Assembly: GCF_003057965.1 (NCBI RefSeq)
Contig: NZ_CP020921.1
Location: 1,042,916 to 1,106,915 of the forward strand
Direction of reading: 5' to 3'
Source of the DNA: Thermodesulfobium acidiphilum
Lineage (GTDB): Bacteria; Thermodesulfobiota; Thermodesulfobiia; Thermodesulfobiales; Thermodesulfobiaceae
DNA: 64,000 nucleotides
Shown: in pieces, positions 62,054-64,000 of the stretch
How positions within the stretch are numbered: the stretch's first letter is position 1
Layout: every line of letters begins with the position of its first letter
The notes under the pieces: model-generated
Seen by the model: the letters and a program-made list of their open reading frames with translations, nothing else
What the model was told of the DNA's origin: nothing
The model's database searches: none
Position numbers and translations under genes: made by a program

Positions 62054-62716
62054 GTGATCTCAAAACAATTTGAAAAAAATGTAATGACATTAGGAAAAGA
62101 GAATCAGATAAAACTTTTTCACTCTACCGTGTCCATTGTTGGAATGGGTGGCCTTGGGGGCTTTGTACTTGAACACCTTGTCAGATTAGGAGTGGGTCAT
62201 ATAAAAATTGTAGACAAGGACATTTTTGAGGAGTCAAACTTAAATAGACAAATACTCTCAGATAACAACTCTCTTGGCAAACCAAAGGTAGAAATAGCCA
62301 AAATCAAGGCAAAGAATATAAACAAAAAAATTATAATAGACTCATTTGAGACTGAATTCAATGAAGACACTGCAGATAAAATATTAAAAGGTTCAAATGT
62401 GGCAGTAGATGCACTCGATAATAACAATTCCAGGTCACTGTTATTCAGAGTTGCCAAAAGCCTTGGTATACCCGTAGTCCATGCAGCAGTATCAATGACT
62501 TCTGGAGAGGTAAAGGTTTTCTTCCCAGAGGACAAAATAATTGACTTTAAGAAAAATAAAGGTACAGAAGAACATATGGGAGTAATTTCACCTACCGTCG
62601 CAATAGCCGCATCAATTCAGGCAATGGAAGTGGTAAAAATTTTGACAAATAAAGGCAATGTTCTAAAAAAGGGATTTTATTTTGATTTGATGGATAATTT
62701 TTATTCTGTAATTTAG
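62054..62716 (+). CDS. ThiF/MoeB/HesA-family adenylyltransferase
   Basis: VGMGGLGG, VDKDIFEESNLNRQ, GKPKV, VDALDN. Confidence 0.9.
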   Translation: MISKQFEKNVMTLGKENQIKLFHSTVSIVGMGGLGGFVLEHLVRLGVGHIKIVDKDIFEESNLNRQILSDNNSLGKPKVEIAKIKAKNINKKIIIDSFETEFNEDTADKILKGSNVAVDALDNNNSRSLLFRVAKSLGIPVVHAAVSMTSGEVKVFFPEDKIIDFKKNKGTEEHMGVISPTVAIAASIQAMEVVKILTNKGNVLKKGFYFDLMDNFYSVI

Positions 62717-62876
62717 TAAAAATATACAATATATAGCATAATACTAAAATTTTAAATATAATTTAAACGCCTTTATTAAAATTTTCTTAAACATTAAAAT
62801 ATTTTAAATCCTAAAATTTAATCTTTTATAATTGTGATATACTAATTTTAAAATAAAATAAAAGGGGTGATATACT

Positions 62877-64000
62877 TTGAAGTTTTTGAGTTTTTTGTTA
62901 GCTTTTTTGTTTCTTATATCAGTTCAATCAAGCGCTTATGCTGTAAACGAGCTCTCAAGCCTTGCTGAAAGCAACAACACCTTTGCTTTTAATATGCTTA
63001 GGGAATTAAATTCAGATAAAAATATAGTCTTCTCGCCTTTTAGCATATATACGGCTCTTTCTATTGCATCTTTAGGGGCAGGTGGTATTACAAGAGAAGA
63101 GTTTGACAAAGTTCTAAATAACAATTTGTCTCTTGAACAGTTTCACCAGTCTTACAAGGATATAATAGATAGCGCTTCAATTGGATCAAACAAGTTTAAT
63201 ATTGCAAATGCCATATGGCTTGACAGCGGCTTTCAACCAGAAGAAGATTTTTTGAACAGTGCCACTAACTTATTTGATTCTCACATTGAAAATTTAGACT
63301 TCCAACAAAATCCTAAGGATAGCTCGGACACTATTAACTCGTGGATAGAACAAAACACAAATGGCCTTATAAAAAATTTGTTAAGTCCAGGCAGTATAAA
63401 TAGCAATACTCGTATGATTTTAACCAATGCAATATACTTTAAAGGCAATTGGGAGAAGGCGTTTAATCCCAAAGAAGATTCAGATCTAAATTTTTATGTT
63501 ACATCTGACAAACCAGTAAAGACAACTTTTATGCAGCAAGATGGAGTATTTTTTTATTACGAAAATCAATCAAAAAAATTATTACAGTTAGATTATAAAG
63601 GAAACAGTCTTTCTTTAGTAATAATTTTGCCAGAAAAAAATATAGATAATTTCATAAAAAATTTAAGTGACGAAGAATTTAGATCTTTATTAAGAAGTAC
63701 AAAACCAGAGATGTTGGATATAAAGATTCCAAAATTCAAGTTCATTTTCACATCAGATTTAACCAAACAACTAACCGATTTGGGAATAAAATCAGCTTTT
63801 ACTACTAATGCAGATTTCTCAGGCATAGCCAAATCTGAAGATCTTTATATTTCTGACGTCGTCCACCAAGCATATATAGATGTAAATGAAGCTGGTACAG
63901 AAGCTGCTGCAACCACATCTATAGGTTTTGTTACAACAGCTTACAATCCTATACCAGTAAAAAACTTTATAGCTGATCGCCCATTTATATTTGCAATAAT
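62877..64000 (+). CDS. Secreted serpin (serine protease inhibitor); runs off the window end
   Basis: Absent from the ORF track. TTG 62877 behind AGGGGTG; signal peptide MKFLSFLLAFLFLISVQSSAYA, NIVFSPFSI, INSWIEQNTNGLI, LTNAIYFKGNW, IPKFKF, hinge VNEAGTEAAATT, FIADRPFIFAI. Confidence 0.93.
   Translation, partial: MKFLSFLLAFLFLISVQSSAYAVNELSSLAESNNTFAFNMLRELNSDKNIVFSPFSIYTALSIASLGAGGITREEFDKVLNNNLSLEQFHQSYKDIIDSASIGSNKFNIANAIWLDSGFQPEEDFLNSATNLFDSHIENLDFQQNPKDSSDTINSWIEQNTNGLIKNLLSPGSINSNTRMILTNAIYFKGNWEKAFNPKEDSDLNFYVTSDKPVKTTFMQQDGVFFYYENQSKKLLQLDYKGNSLSLVIILPEKNIDNFIKNLSDEEFRSLLRSTKPEMLDIKIPKFKFIFTSDLTKQLTDLGIKSAFTTNADFSGIAKSEDLYISDVVHQAYIDVNEAGTEAAATTSIGFVTTAYNPIPVKNFIADRPFIFAI

Noticed and set aside
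62936-63832. Three short minus-strand ORFs at the right end
   Set aside because: They are antisense shadows of the serpin gene.

Overview
AT-rich chromosomal segment from a selenocysteine-using anaerobe with an outer membrane (two TolC genes, an RND pump, Tat-exported formate dehydrogenases). The gene content resembles Thermodesulfobium-like sulfate reducers, but that assignment is tentative. From left to right: a dnaK-grpE-cbpA-hspR-clp chaperone operon; iscS (interrupted by an in-frame TAG) and iscU; a three-gene graspetide (ATP-grasp RiPP) cluster of precursor, ATP-grasp ligase and ABC exporter, which is the best candidate for an undescribed system; a membrane protein, SQR and an unannotated 52-aa ORF; selA; a TetR/TolC/MFP/RND efflux operon; four tRNAs (Leu-CAG, Leu-CAA, Val-GAC, Pro-CGG); c-di-GMP genes (one with an in-frame TGA); thrS; rarA; panE; a MacAB-TolC-type exporter; two tandem FdnGHI operons, one Cys-type and one Sec-type (UGA plus SECIS), flanking one fdhE; a complete glycine cleavage and lipoylation operon; rdgB, dtd, pyrD; and a secreted serpin running off the right edge. 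I saw no CRISPR array, rRNA, transposase or integrase. Family assignments come from motif recognition by eye, not from database searches.
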